A DNA stretch of 64,000 nt from the human T2T-CHM13v2.0 reference genome, Homo sapiens (GCF_009914755.1 NC_060933.1), one strand, 5' to 3'; shown: positions 14,499 through 35,749, counted from the stretch's first letter. Translations and numbers: made by a program. Notes: generated from the sequence alone by a model not told the origin.

Positions 14499-16206
14499 TA
14501 ATGAGGGCCTAATATGTGGCAGATGTCTTATTTAGATACCTTGAATGCATTTTTCTAATACAGCCAACACCCTAGAGATTGTTGAATAATATATATTCAG
14601 CATTATTGTGAAGAATAAATAATCATGGAAGGCACAAAGAAGACTGAAGCTTCCAGCTCAGAACTCAATACATGTTTATTTCCTTTTTCTTTGGTTCTCC
14701 TCCCCTCAAATTCATTAACTGTCTTGAGTTGCTACTGTATGGAGCTGCTATTTTTCTCTACAGTTCCCATGAGGAGAACTAAGTCCCAGAAGTGCTGGGA
14801 AACCCTTCACTGTTTGTTGAAAAGCTAAAGAAGCAGGGGAAATTGCACTGTTTAGCACTTTCTTTGAGTCATGCAGCCTCCAACATGAGATAGGCAGAAT
14901 GGGGACTTGCTACCCTGAAATGCAAGGGTCAATTGTTTAGTGACTAAGAAACGATGGGACATTTACACCTTTCCTTCCTTTTCCCACCCACCATCACATT
15001 GGCTGATTCATTTCTTTCAACAAACATTCATGGGTTGCCCATGCCAGGTGATGCCTGATGCAGCATCATCTGCTTGATGCAGAATGTAAATAATTGGGGA
15101 AGAATCTTATTATATTTTGAAAAGCTCCTGAGAGAGATTAGGTGACACGTGAAGATAGAGGCTTACAACATAAGGCGCGGTTCACTCGGCCTCCAAAGAG
15201 AACAGATAAGGTGCTGTGAGGAGTCTAAGGAGAGAGAAGTCATTTTGGAGTGAGGGGCAGAGTAGTAATCAGGGAAAGCTTCCTGCAGAAATCAGCATTA
15301 ATTAAAACTAGCCTGTCAAGAAGTATTTATTGAGTATCTACTGTGTGTCAGGTCCTGGATCTGATAGATAGAATTTGGATATGTCAAGAATGTAGAAAAA
15401 AATCATTCATTTATTGTCAACAAATATATACTATGCAGTGGCATTGGGAATACAACCACGAACACGGCAGACATAGTCTCCTCAAGGAACTTATAATTGT
15501 AGGAAAGACACAGAAAAAAAAATCCATTACTGACTGAGAGGTGATACAAAGAAACCAAGAAAAGATGCCAAGACAGGGATAGAATGAACCAATCTTGCCA
15601 AAGTGATCGTCAGGAAAGGCCTTTCTGAAGAGGGAATGCTGAAGCTGGGGCCTAAAGTATAAGAAGCCAGGAATGGAAAAGTGAGAGAAAAGGGAATAGT
15701 ATTTGCAAAGGCTCACAGTGTGTTTGAAGCATTTCAGGATCAGCGCAACTGGAACATAGCAAGCTGGAGGAAGAGTGATAGGAGATGAAGCTGGGAGGGG
15801 CATGCAGGAGCTGGGTTGTATAATACAAGACCTCGGGCAGGGGGTTAGATTTTACATCAGGAGAGACACATAATCATATGGCAAACAGATGGAGTGGGGA
15901 TTGGGGAAAGCAATGAGACCAGCTAGAAGGTCTTTTCCTCCCACTGGAAAGTGGCTATGAGCTTATTCAGAGGCAAAGGACACAAGAGCGGTGGCAGGGA
16001 GCGGAGGAAAGTGTTCAGTATGGCTCAGTGTGAGGCGCAGGGACTGGTAGGTGTGGTGTGAGCTAAAACCTGAAGGCGTCATTGAAGATCATTTAAGCCA
16101 TGGTGCAAGCCCCACTGGGGCATTTCAGCAGACAGTCGGAAGCCAGGGCCATCTCTGAGCAGAGCAGAGATGTTAAAGCTGGGCTTTAGAAAAAGCCTTA
16201 TGGGAG

Positions 16207-16585
<379 letters not shown>

Positions 16586-17189
16586 TCACACCTGTAATCC
16601 CAGCAATTTCAGAGGCCGAGGCAAGCGAATCGCTTGAGCCCAGGAGTTCAAGACCAGCCTGGGCAACATGGTGAAGCCCTGTCTTTTTTTTTTTTTTTTT
16701 TAAGAAAAAGAAAAAATTTGTAAAAAAAAAAAACAAAATCGTCCTGGAAGCTGATAATGGATGGATTGGAGCATGGATTGGGGATGGCTGGTAGGTGCTA
16801 GAGGAGCTGTGGAAAGAAAAGTCCACAGGGGGGAATTGTTGGGCCAAGGAGGAATCCAACCAAGCTGTAGTTTCTTGAACGGGAGATATTTCGGGCTCAT
16901 TCAGGTTGGAGTCTCTCTGAATGGGTGAGACCTCTTAGGACTGCAGGAGTGAAGGAAGAGTGGCTGATAAAGAGGCCAAGGCTTGGGCAAGCCGCTTCGT
17001 GTCTCTGATGGAGGAAGAAGAGTGCCCAGGGGCTAGAATCATCCTGGTCAAAGCCCTGATATTCTGTTGTAGGCTGGGGCAGTGGCGAGGGAGGTTGTGT
17101 ACTCAGGAAAGGGTTGTGTCAGCTCGAGGGCTCTGCTGGCTGTGGCAAAGCCTGGGGAAGGGCAAGGCTGTGGGATGATGGGCCGTCCA

Positions 17190-19220
17190 AATTTGGTTTC
17201 ACCTGTTAACGAAGGGGAAAAAAGGTGCTAGACTCAGTTAATCTCCAGAATTGGAAGGGCCTGGGAGGGGAAAGATCTAGTTAGGTTAATAGAGGTTTTT
17301 TTACAGATGCAAATCCCTCCCGCACCCTCAACACAAAACAGCTTTGCAGGGGCCATTTCAAATTATGGCAATGAAACATATTTTGGGGTAAAAAATTTTT
17401 GTTTTTCTGTCATGTTGAGAGGTGACAGAGTGATGGCAGCCCTCGCTCGCTCTTGGCACCTCCTCGGCCTTGGCGCCCGCTCTGGCCACGCTTGAGGAGC
17501 CCCTCAGCCTGCCGCTGCACTGTGGGACCCCCTTCCTGGGATGGCCGAGGCCGGAGCCGGCTCCCTCAGCCTGCCGGGAGGTGGGGAGGGAGAGGCACAG
17601 GGGGAACCGGGGCTGCTCGCAGGGCGCTTGCGGGCCAGCTAGAGTTCCGGGTGGGCGTGGGCTTGGCGGGCCCTGCACTCGGAGCGGCGGCCGGCCCCGC
17701 CGGCCCCAGGCAGTGAGGGGCTTAGCACCCAGGCCAGCAGCTGCGGAGGGTGCGCTGGGTCCCCCAGCAGGGCCGGCCCACCGGCGCTGCTGTTGATTTC
17801 TCGCTGGGCCTTAGCTGCCTACCTGCGGGGCAGGGCTTGGGACCTGCAGCCCGCCATGCCTGAGCCTTCCCCCTACCCCTACCCCTACCCCTACCCCCAC
17901 CCCTACCCCCACCCCCACCCCCGCCGTGGGCTCCCGAGAGGCCCAAGCCTCCCAGACGAGCACTGACCCCTGCTCCACGGCACCCGGTCCCATCGACCGC
18001 CCAAAGGCTGAGGAATGTGGGCACACGGCGAGGGACTGGCAGGTAGCTTCACCTGCGGCCCCAGTGCTGGATCCACTGGATGAAGCCAGCTGGGCTCCTG
18101 AGTCCAGTGGGGACTTGGAGAACCTTTATGTTTAGCTAAGGGATTGTAAATACACCAATGAGCACTCTGTATCTAGCTCAAGGTTTGTAAATGCACCAAT
18201 CAGCACTCTGTGTCCAGCTCAGGGTTTGTGGATGCACCAATCGGCACTCTGTGTCTAGCTAATCTGGTGGGGACTTGGAGAATCTTTATGTATAGCTAAG
18301 GGATTGTGAATGCACCAATCGGCACTCTGTATCTAGCTCAAGGTTTGTAAATGCACCAATCAGCACTCTGTGTCTAGCTCAGGGTTTGTAAATATACCAA
18401 TCAACACTCTGTGTCTAGCTAATCTAGTGGGGACTTGGAGAACTTTTGTGTCTAGCTCAGGGATTGTTAACGCACCAATCAGCACCCTGTCAAAACGGAC
18501 CAATCAACTCTCTGTAAAACAGACCAATCGGCTCTCTGTAAAGTGGACCAATCAGCAGGATGTGGGTGGGGCCAGATAGGAGAATAAAAACAGGCTGCCC
18601 GAGCAAGCAGCGGCAACCCGTTGGGGTTGCCTTTCTGGACTGTGGGTGCTTTGTTCTTTGTAATAAATCTTGTTGCTTGCTAACCCTTTGGGTCCCTACT
18701 GTCTTTGTGAGCTATAACACTCGCCGTGAAGATCTGTATTTGCAGCTCTTTCTTGAGGCCCGTGTGACCACGAACCCACCGAGAGCGAAGGAACAACTCC
18801 AGGTGTGCCCTCTTAAGAGATTTAACACTCATTGCGAAGATCTGCAGCTTCACTCCTGAAGCTAGCGAGACCATGAACCCGCCAGAAGGAAGAAACTCCA
18901 GACACGCAGTCTTTAAGAATTGTAACACCGCGATGGTCCGCGGTTTCATTCTTGAAGTCAGTGAGACCAAGAATCCACCATTTCCGGACACAATATGATA
19001 TCAGGTTGGAATTTGATATTTTAGTTCTACAAAGATTCTGTTGTGTCAGTCCCCGTTGGGCCTAAACTCCGCAAGGGATGGGATATAATATCAGTGCATG
19101 TCCAACCGCCCCGCTCCACTCCCGCTTCCTGTAATGGCCATAACTAGTTTTTAAGGTTTCCTTCGGCAGAGAGGGAGGTCCATTCAGTCGGGTGCGGGCC
19201 TTAGAATTTTTTTGCTTCAC
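17190..19220 (-). mobile_element. Older ERV1-class (MER4-like) LTR split by the LTR12 insertion
   Basis: Flanks 17190-17415 and 18993-19220 resemble the reverse of a MER4-family LTR (…ggtccattcagtcgg…ccttagaattttt…caca terminus); subfamily from memory. Confidence 0.45.
17416..18992 (+). mobile_element. Solo LTR12C-type (ERV9) LTR
   Basis: Begins TGAGAGGTGACAG, ends TTCCGGACACA; GC-rich U3; tandem (GCACCAATCAGCACTCTGT) units; AATAAAA TATA-like box at 18583; near-TSD ATGT/ATAT. Confidence 0.92.
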
Positions 19221-19329
19221 ACACCCCAGTTTCGCAATGTCCAGCCCTTGACAACCAACAGAGCACCTGTAGGAGCCCTGTGAAGTTGGTAAAGGGTTGG
19301 GGTTGTAATAGCTGTCCAGCAGACGGGGA

Positions 19330-19780
19330 GACAGGGGTTCAGAGAAGGTGGGCAACCACCACAGCAGGACGCAGCTCCCTACCGCCAGGGCTGGGAGTAG
19401 AAGCCGCAGCCTCCGCTCCGGCCCGGCCCCACGAGCAGCCTGCAGGTGAAAAACTACAATTTCCAGAATGCCATTCGGAGCGGAGTTACGAAGCGGAAGC
19501 GAGGCCGGGGGCGGGGGGGATCCGATGCGCGCCGCTGCCGCTGCGTGGGGGTGAGGGGATCAGGTACGCTGTCCGCTGGTTAAGGGGGCTGGCTGGGGGC
19601 TGCGGGGTCTGTCCTGGGACGTCCGCCTCCCTCGCGGGTGGGGCGGACGTTGAGAAAGCAGCGTTTAGCAGTCATGTGGCCTGTGGTACTCCACCTTCCT
19701 GATACTTTCCCTTCCTGCTTCCACTCGCACGCTCAGCCTGTGGGCCGGGAGAGACCCGCAGGCGGGGTGCTCTCAGGCTG
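19330..19780 (+). promoter_or_regulatory. TRMT10B: TRMT10B CpG-island promoter
   Basis: High CpG density; ACTACAATTTCCAGAATGC (ZNF143/THAP11-type motif) at 19453-19471; ETS-type GCGGAAG at about 19493; GC box GGGGCGGGG at about 19508. Confidence 0.8.
19500..19563 (+). other. TRMT10B: TRMT10B non-coding exon 1 (TSS approximate; two candidate donors after 19550 and 19563)
   Basis: GGG|gtgagg and CAG|gtacgc donors immediately downstream of the promoter motifs. Confidence 0.6.
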
Positions 19781-20699
19781 AATTCGATGTGCCATCACTT
19801 AGCGGCAGTGTAGGTACCCATCAGGTGGGAGTTAGGCTAGCAAAGGTCTGAGGCCTCTGCCAACCTAGGGTGGGGGTGCGGAGTGGAGGATTTATGAACT
19901 CAGCAAGTATTTATTAAGCATCTATAAGCAAACAACACTTGCCTACATTGAAGGGATGGAGGAGGTTCCGACAACAAGTAAAATAGGTTATGTTGGATAG
20001 TAATATGAATGAGGAGAGGAAGGTAGTCTGTGAGTGTCTTAGGGAAGAGCATTGAGGGTAAAGAGAACGGCGAATGTAAAGGCCTTGAAGGGTATGTTTG
20101 AGGAACAGCAAATAGACCCCGGAGTGCAGAGGAAACGAGAAAGGTAGACCTTAGTGATCTGCATAGGTCATTGTATGGATTTGGGCTATTTACTGTCAGT
20201 GAAATGGAGAGTACTGCAGGGTTCTAAGCAGAAGAGTGGTGATCATCAAATACTTAGGATGCTCACAGGGCTCGGGTACTGAGGGTGTACAGGTGAATTC
20301 TTCCAATTCTTCCCTGGGTTTATAATCTAGTGGGGAAACAGGTAGACAGCTGTCATGCAAGGCAGGGTCAGATAATTGGAGCCCCATGAAAGCAGAACGA
20401 ATGTCATCCCCAAGTCCCCAGGATGTACTATTATGTCAGGTGCTTAGTAGCTTTGTTGAACGAAAGTAATGAATATTCAGCATCGGACCCATAATTGGAG
20501 GCTCAGAAAAGATGTTTAATGAAGAAATGAAAAATAAATGAAATCTCACTTCTTGATACTGTTACAATGGCAATTAAGTTTCAACCTGAATGTGAGAAGG
20601 GGACAAACATTCAAACCAGAGCAGCACTCAAATTCATAAGATAGGAAATACAAAGGTGCTGCCAGGATTGGGGAAGGGAGAGTTATATAAAGGTCACAG

Positions 20700-21000
20700 G
20701 GTCGGGTGTGGTGGCTCACGCCTGTAATCCTAGCACTTTGGGAGGCCCAGACAGGTGGGTCGCGAGGTCAGGAGATCGAGACCATCCTGGCTAAAATGGT
20801 GAAACTCCGTCTCTACTAAAAATACAAAAAAATCTAGCCGGACATGGTGGCGGGTGCCTGTAGTCCCAGCTACTCAGGAAGCTGAGGCAGGAGAATGCGT
20901 GAACCTGGGAGGCAAAGCTTGCAGTGAGTCGAGATCGCGCCACTGCACTCCAGCCTGGGCGACAGAGTAAGACTCCGTCTTTTTTTTTTTTTTTTTTTTT
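20700..21000 (+). mobile_element. AluY ending in a T-tract
   Basis: Alu dimer; T21 at 20980-21000 where the A tail is expected. Confidence 0.85.
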
Positions 21001-22135
21001 AAAGTTAGTTTCACTTTAGGAAGACAAACAAGCTCTGGAGCTGGACAGTGGTGATGGTGGCACACAATGTGGATGCCCTTAGGTGTGTTTTTAACTGCAC
21101 ATTTACAAATGGTTAAAATGGTAGTTCCTATGTCCAAAAAAAAATGCTAAATTTGGGCATAGATAATGTCCCACACAGATTGAGCAGATCTCTGCTTCTG
21201 TGATGTCCAACTTCACCTTTGCTTTCTGAGGATCCCTAGGTGGCAATCACCTAATCAGTATTTATTGAGCTTCCATTCTGTGCCAGGCCTTATGCCAGAC
21301 AACAGAGATACAAAGATACAAAAGAGGTGGGCCCCGCCTTCAGGAGTGTTAGCTTGTTCTATTACTCTTCTGATGGTGGTTGGAGTTGTTTTTATTTGAT
21401 TTGCAAGGTTATTGCATCCCAAATTCCTGGTTTAAGAAACATTCTCAGGGACTGTAGAGATTTGGAGAAACATGAGGTAAAAGGAGGGGAAAAGAAAGGA
21501 AGGGAGTGGGAGTGGTGGCGGTAAACTTCAGTTCAATTAAACAAAAAATAAACACTGCTGTTTTCAAGGTTCTATACTGTGAACTCTTAAGTGTTTAGGT
21601 AAATGTAGGTATAAGCCCTCCTACAAAGGAATTCAGTTTGATAGGAGAGAAGATACCAGCACAGACTTTCCAATTTTTGAAAACAACAGTGGAAGTCTGT
21701 AGCTCCTAGGATCTCCTATCCTAGATCTCTTTTCCCCTCCTTAGCCAGACTACCTCCAGAGAAATCTCTAGATCCATTGCCTCCCAGTCATTCCCCAACA
21801 GGCCCCGGCATACAGTAGGAGCTTGGTGGAATGTTTATTAACTAATGAATGGTCAACACAGGTAAAAATACAAAATGCTATGAAGTTTAAAGGAGGAAGA
21901 GATCACATGGCTATTAACTAGCATTTATTTAACAAATGGGTGTTGGTTTTCTCACCCTAATACAATGAAGTTGTCAGTTAAAGATTAGTTTATCTTAATG
22001 TTTTCATTTGTTATTTTCTGAATGCCTATATGCAGGAAAATGCAGATGACTCTGATGGTATAAAAGTCTGTTCATTCATCTAAAAGAACTGTCATAATGG
22101 GGGTCTAGATATCTTTTGTTTAAAAAAAAAAAAAT

Positions 22136-27420
<5,285 letters not shown>

Positions 27421-27642
27421 TTCCTTACTACTGAACTGTTTCTCTGCTGAATCATGTATCTGGAAGACACATGCTTTTCTCAGTCCAGTAAATCTGGTTC
27501 AGTATTTTACACACTTCTTTCAGTAACACAATAACACTTTGTCATTTGGATGTAGGGAGATACCTATGTTAGTGAAATAATGTAATAGCTCACATAATTG
27601 TGCCTTTTTCCAGTCTGGTGGAAAGGACAGAGGACTAAGTCC

Positions 27643-27828
27643 ATGGACTGGAAATTGGAAGGGAGTACTCAGAAAGTAGAGTCACCTGTGCTGCAGGGGC
27701 AAGAAGGCATCCTAGAGGAGACAGGTGAAGATGGACTTCCTGAAGGCTTCCAGCTTCTGCAGATCGATGCGGAAGGCGAGTGCCAGGAGGGAGAGATCCT
27801 GGCCACAGGCAGTACGGCATGGTGCTCG
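27643..27828 (+). CDS. TRMT10B: TRMT10B first coding exon (exon starts at 27614); tRNA m1A9 methyltransferase of the Trm10/SPOUT family
   Basis: ttttccag| acceptor at 27613, ATG at 27643 (MDWKLEGSTQK...), TCG|gtgagt donor; 186 nt. Confidence 0.92.
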
Positions 27829-28287
27829 GTGAGTGCGTGAATTGCCTGGCCATAGGCCTTGAATGATGGAATGTCTCAAGACACCCCTGTTTTAAAGATG
27901 GATACTGGTAGTGAAAAGAGAGACGGAATGAGTTTTGTGTATTCTGAGTGATGAATTTTCTGCTAACTGGTTTAAAGTTTTAGTTCCATTTGAGTCATAG
28001 GAAAAGTTCAAAAGGAATTTTTGATATACCCCTGAAGGGTCAGGAAATCTAAACTCCAGGCCCTGTCACTAATGAATTTTCTGTGACCTTGACCAGGTCA
28101 TGTCTCTTTTTCTGGGGCTCTGTTTTCTCTAAACACGATCCAGTCTAGGTTTGTTTTTAAGAGTAATTTCCTCTTTCTCTCCAAACTATATATATAAATA
28201 AGAAAAAAGCAAATGTTTCTAATGTTCATTTTCCTTTTTTGGTGCTTATGAAGTTCTCAAACAATTTTGTTTTCTGGATAATATAAG

Positions 28288-28396
28288 AAAAATGTCCAGA
28301 GAAAACAGAGACACTGGGAAAAGATAGTTGCAGCAAAGAAGAGCAAAAGAAAGCAAGAAAAAGAACGAAGAAAAGCCAATCGTGCAGAAAATCCAG
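28288..28396 (+). CDS. TRMT10B: TRMT10B exon 3 (KNVQRKQRHWEKIVAAKKSKRKQEKERRK..., basic helix)
   Basis: aag| acceptor, CAG|gtgaca donor; 109 nt; frame-consistent. Confidence 0.88.
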
Positions 28397-28561
28397 GTGA
28401 CAATAAATGAGACTGTTGGTATAATAATATTTATTTTTTAGCAAACGTGTCTGCATGTTCCAATGAGAGTAGGAATTTTGTATAAGTAAAAAGCATCTGG
28501 GATGTGGGACCCACTGCCCTATTTTCTTGGGAATCAAAACATCAAAGAAAGCAAAATTTGT

Positions 28562-28888
28562 AGCTGGGTGTGGTGGCTCACACCTGTAATCCCAGCACTT
28601 TGGGAGGCTGAGGTGGGTGGATTTGCGAGGTCAGGAGATCGAGACCGTCCTGGATAACACGGTGAAACCCCATCTCTACTAAAAATACAAAAAAAAAAAA
28701 AAAAAGCCGGGTGTGGTGGCACGCACCTGTAGTCCCAGCTATATTTGGGAGGCTGAGGCAGGAGAATCACAAACCTGGGAGATTAGAGGTTGCAGTGAGC
28801 CGAGATTGAGCCACTGCACTCCAGAGCCTGGGTGACAGAGTGAGACTCTGTCTCAAAAAAAAAAAAAAAAAAAAAACAAAAAAAAAAA
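28562..28888 (+). mobile_element. Alu (Y/Sc-like) in TRMT10B intron 3
   Basis: Alu dimer with long A tail. Confidence 0.88.
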
Positions 28889-29339
28889 TTTAAGGCTGCT
28901 TTTCAAATATAAGCTATCTAACTAACGTGTTTATAAGCTCAGAATAGGAGTGATACCAGCAACAGCTAATATTTATTCAGTATTCTGTGTTAGGTTCAGT
29001 TCTAAGAATTTTACATGGATTACCTCAATAAAGAGGAGCTGTTATTATCATTCCCATTTTGTAGGTGAAGAGACTGAGGCTTAGAGAAATTAAGTAACAT
29101 AATTATGCCCAAGATAATGTAGCCAATCAATGAACAAACTGAACTTGGATTTAAACCCTGCTGTGTGCTGCAGAGCCCATACTCCTCACCACTCTGTGTA
29201 AATCTTCTAATGAACGAATACCTTACATCAGTATCAAGTTTCTCTTTATATGCAAAATACCCACCTGGCTAAGATTTGTTTCTTATATAATATTCCTCTG
29301 GTTTTCCACTTTTATTTCTTTCTGATATTTCTGCTTTAG

Positions 29340-29464
29340 GCATTTGCCCCCAGCACAGCAAACGTTTCCTGAGAGCTCTAACCAAAGACAAACTTTTGGA
29401 AGCCAAACACTCAGGACCAAGACTATGTATCGATTTGAGTATGACCCACTACATGTCAAAGAAG
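29340..29464 (+). CDS. TRMT10B: TRMT10B exon 4 (ICPQHSKRFLRALTKDKLL...PRLCIDLSMTHYMSKK)
   Basis: ctttag| acceptor, AAG|gtagaa donor; 125 nt. Confidence 0.9.
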
Positions 29465-29807
29465 GTAGAACATCCACTAAGCCTGGAATTCCTGCTCGCC
29501 ATGAGGGAGGCCCAGAAGGGTACAGCTTTCCGAAGAATATGGTCAACTCCAGCTTCTGGGATTCCTTAGTAAACTAGTAAAGTGTTTGATTTTCTATACT
29601 GGGTTACTAAGTTCCAAGGTGGCTGTTGTAACGAACCTGGAAGAGAATATATATAGTTTGGTTTAGTTTGCAAATTTTTACCTTGTCTTCTGTTTTAAGC
29701 CCAACATCTTTGCCTCTCTGTTCATGATATCCTCAGTCTGGATGGAACCTTTCAGGTTCAGTTTTCCAGACACTAAACCTTTGGGAAGAGGAATATTTGC
29801 CTGGTAG

Positions 29808-30432
<625 letters not shown>

Positions 30433-30454
30433 CCTCAATGTATGTGTTTTAATT

Positions 30455-32788
30455 GATGCTCATTCACCTCATTGATGAAAGAGGGATTCCCACACTAGAG
30501 TTCTGGGAATGGCAGAATGCATGACACCTGACACTGGACAGATGAGATTCACAGCAGTTCATGAGTCTCATATACTTACAGCCCAGGGGAGGAAGATACT
30601 GTATACCATACAGGGCCACGTGGGGATTGTAATCAAGAACAGAATGAACAGCAAGGGGCTGTGTGAGGTGGGCTTTGTAGTATCCAGGGGTTGAGGTGCC
30701 CCCTGGTTACTATAGGAGGATGTGATTGGCTTGTTAGGAAAATTCCATGGGCTGGCAGGGAACCAAAACTCCTTAGGGATAAAGAGATTATGCCTTGGAC
30801 CCTTGATGAAAAGTATTTAATTATTTATTATTAAGTTTTAAGGTACATGTGCACAACGTGCAGGTTTGTTACATAGGTATACGTGTGCCATGTTGGTGCT
30901 GCACCCATTAACTCGTCATTTAGCATTAGGTATATCTCCTAATGCTGTCCTTCCCCCCGTCCCCCGACCCCACAACAGTCCCTGGTGTGTGATGTTCCCC
31001 TTCCCGTGTCCATGTGTTCTCATTGTTCAATTCCCACCTATGAGTGAGAACATACGGTGTTTGGTTTTTTGTCCTTGTGATAGTTTGCTGAGAATGATAG
31101 TTTCCAGCTTCATCCATGTCCCTACAAAGGACATGAACTCATCATTTTTTATGGCTGCATACTATTCCATGGTATATATGTGCCACATTTTCTTAATCCA
31201 ATCTATCGTTGGTTGGTTCCATGTCTTTGCTATTGTGAATAGTGCCGGAATAAACATACGTGTGCATGTGTCTTTATAGAAGCATGATTTATAATCCTTT
31301 GGGTATATACCCAGTAATGGGATGGCTGGGTCAAATGGTATTTCTGGTTCTAGATCCCTGAGGAATCGCCACACCGACTTCCACAATGGTTGAACTAGTT
31401 TCCAGTCCCACCAACAGTGTAAAAGTGTTCCTATTTCTCCACATCCTCTCCAGCACCTGTTGTTTCCTGACTTTTTAATGATTGCCATTCTAACTGGTGT
31501 GAGGTGGTATCTCATTGTGGTTTTGATTTGCATTTCTCTGATGGCTAGTGATGATGAGCATTTTTTCATGTGTTTTTTGGCTGCATAAATGTCGTCTTTT
31601 GAGAAGTGTCTGTTCATATCCTTTGCCCACTTTTTGATGGGTTTTTTTTTTTTTGTAAATTTGAGTTCATTGTAGATTCTGGATATTAGCCCTTTGTCAG
31701 ATGAGTAGATTGCAAAAATTTCCTCCCATTCTGTAGGTTGCCTGTTCACTCTGATGGTGGTTTCTTTTGCTGTGCAGAAGCTCTTTAGTTGAATTAGATC
31801 CCATTTGTCAATTTTGGCTTTTGTTGCCGTTGCTTTTGGTGTTTTAGACATGAAGTCCTTGCCCATGCCTATGTCCTGAATGGTATTGCCTAGGTTTTCT
31901 TCTAGGGTTTTTATGGTTTTAGGTCTAACATTTAAGTCTTTAATCCATCTTGAATTAATTTTTGTATAAGGTGTAAGGAAGGGATCCAGTTTCAGCTTTC
32001 TACATATGGCTAGCCAGTTTTCCCAGCACCATTTATTAAATAGGGTATCCTTTCCCCATTGCTTGTTTTTCTCAGGTTTGTCAAAGATTAGATAGTTGTA
32101 GATATATGTGGCATTATTTCTGAGGGCTCTGTTCTGTTCCATTGGTCTATATCTGTTTTGGTACCAGTACCATGCTGTTTTGGTTACTGTAGCCTTGTAG
32201 TATAGTTTGAAGTCAGGTAGCATGATGCCTCCAGCTTTGTTCTTTTGGCTTAGGATTGACTTGGCAATGCAGGCTCTTCTTTGGTTCCATATGAACTTTA
32301 AAGTAGTTTTTTCCAAGTCTGTGAAGAAAGTCATTGGTAGCCTGATGGGGATGGCATTGAATCTATAAATTACCTTGGGCAGTATGGCCATTTTAATGAT
32401 ATTGATTTTCCTACCCATGAGCATGGAATGTTCTTCCATTTGTTTGTATCCTCTTTTATTTCATTGAGCAGTGGTTTGTAGCTCTCCTTGAAGAGGTCCT
32501 TCACATCCCTTGTAAGCTGGGTTCCTAGGTATTTTATTCTCTTTGAAGCAACTGTGAATGAGAGTTCACTCATGATTTGGCTGTTTGTCTGTTATTGGTG
32601 TATAAGAATGCTTGTGATTTTTGCACATTGATTTTGTATAAAAAGGATTTTTAAAGCTAGGAGACCTTATCTACGGGAGCAGAGTTGGGAGGGGAGCTTA
32701 CTATTAGGCTATTTGAAGTATTCCCAGTTTTGACAGATGTCAAGGCAGTGCATAATACTGGGCCTTAATTTTAGGCCTTACATCACAG
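30455..32788 (-). mobile_element. Old ERVL-class (MER74-like) LTR interrupted by the L1
   Basis: Reverse of the right end reads TGTGATGTAAGGCCTAAAATTAAGGCCC; left part has GACACTGGACAGATGAGAT; family call from memory. Confidence 0.45.
30819..32639 (-). mobile_element. 5'-truncated L1PA-type LINE-1 (3' ORF2 + 3'UTR) in TRMT10B intron 4
   Basis: ORF 31162..32439 encodes L1 ORF2p C-terminus ([16 protein letters not shown]..., [16 protein letters not shown]); L1PA 3'UTR; near-TSD AAAAGTATTT (30809) / AAAAGGATTT (32641). Confidence 0.93.
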
Positions 32789-32944
32789 TATGTAAATTGT
32801 AAACTCTCTTTTTAGACATCTGTTTTATGTGCTAGTGTTTGCATATTTTTCAGATAAGTTAGGAAAACTGCAGATCTGAGGTTCCTACCTGAAACTTCTA
32901 ACTCTAGTCCTCTGAAAATGTTAACCAAGAATTCCCTACTATTA

Positions 32945-35633
<2,689 letters not shown>

Positions 35634-35670
35634 TGAGCTGTTTTAACATCAGACTGTTTGCATTTTCCAG

Positions 35671-35749
35671 TTAGACATAACAGAAGAAGACTGCTTTAGT
35701 TTATTTCCCTTGGAAACCCTTGTGTACCTGACTCCTGACTCAGAACACG
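35671..35749 (+). CDS. TRMT10B: TRMT10B exon 6 (LDITEEDCFSLFPLETLVYLTPDSEH)
   Basis: ttttccag| acceptor, ACG|gtatgt donor; 79 nt; Trm10 VYLTPDS motif. Confidence 0.92.

Noticed and set aside
17358-18135. Several ~100-aa GC-rich ORFs
   Set aside because: Lie within the GC-rich LTR12C U3; low-complexity translations
18130-18560. Regularly spaced CCAAT repeats as a novel array
   Set aside because: Standard internal tandem units of the LTR12/ERV9 U3 region
31162-32439. 425-aa ORF as a host gene
   Set aside because: It is LINE-1 ORF2p C-terminus within a truncated L1
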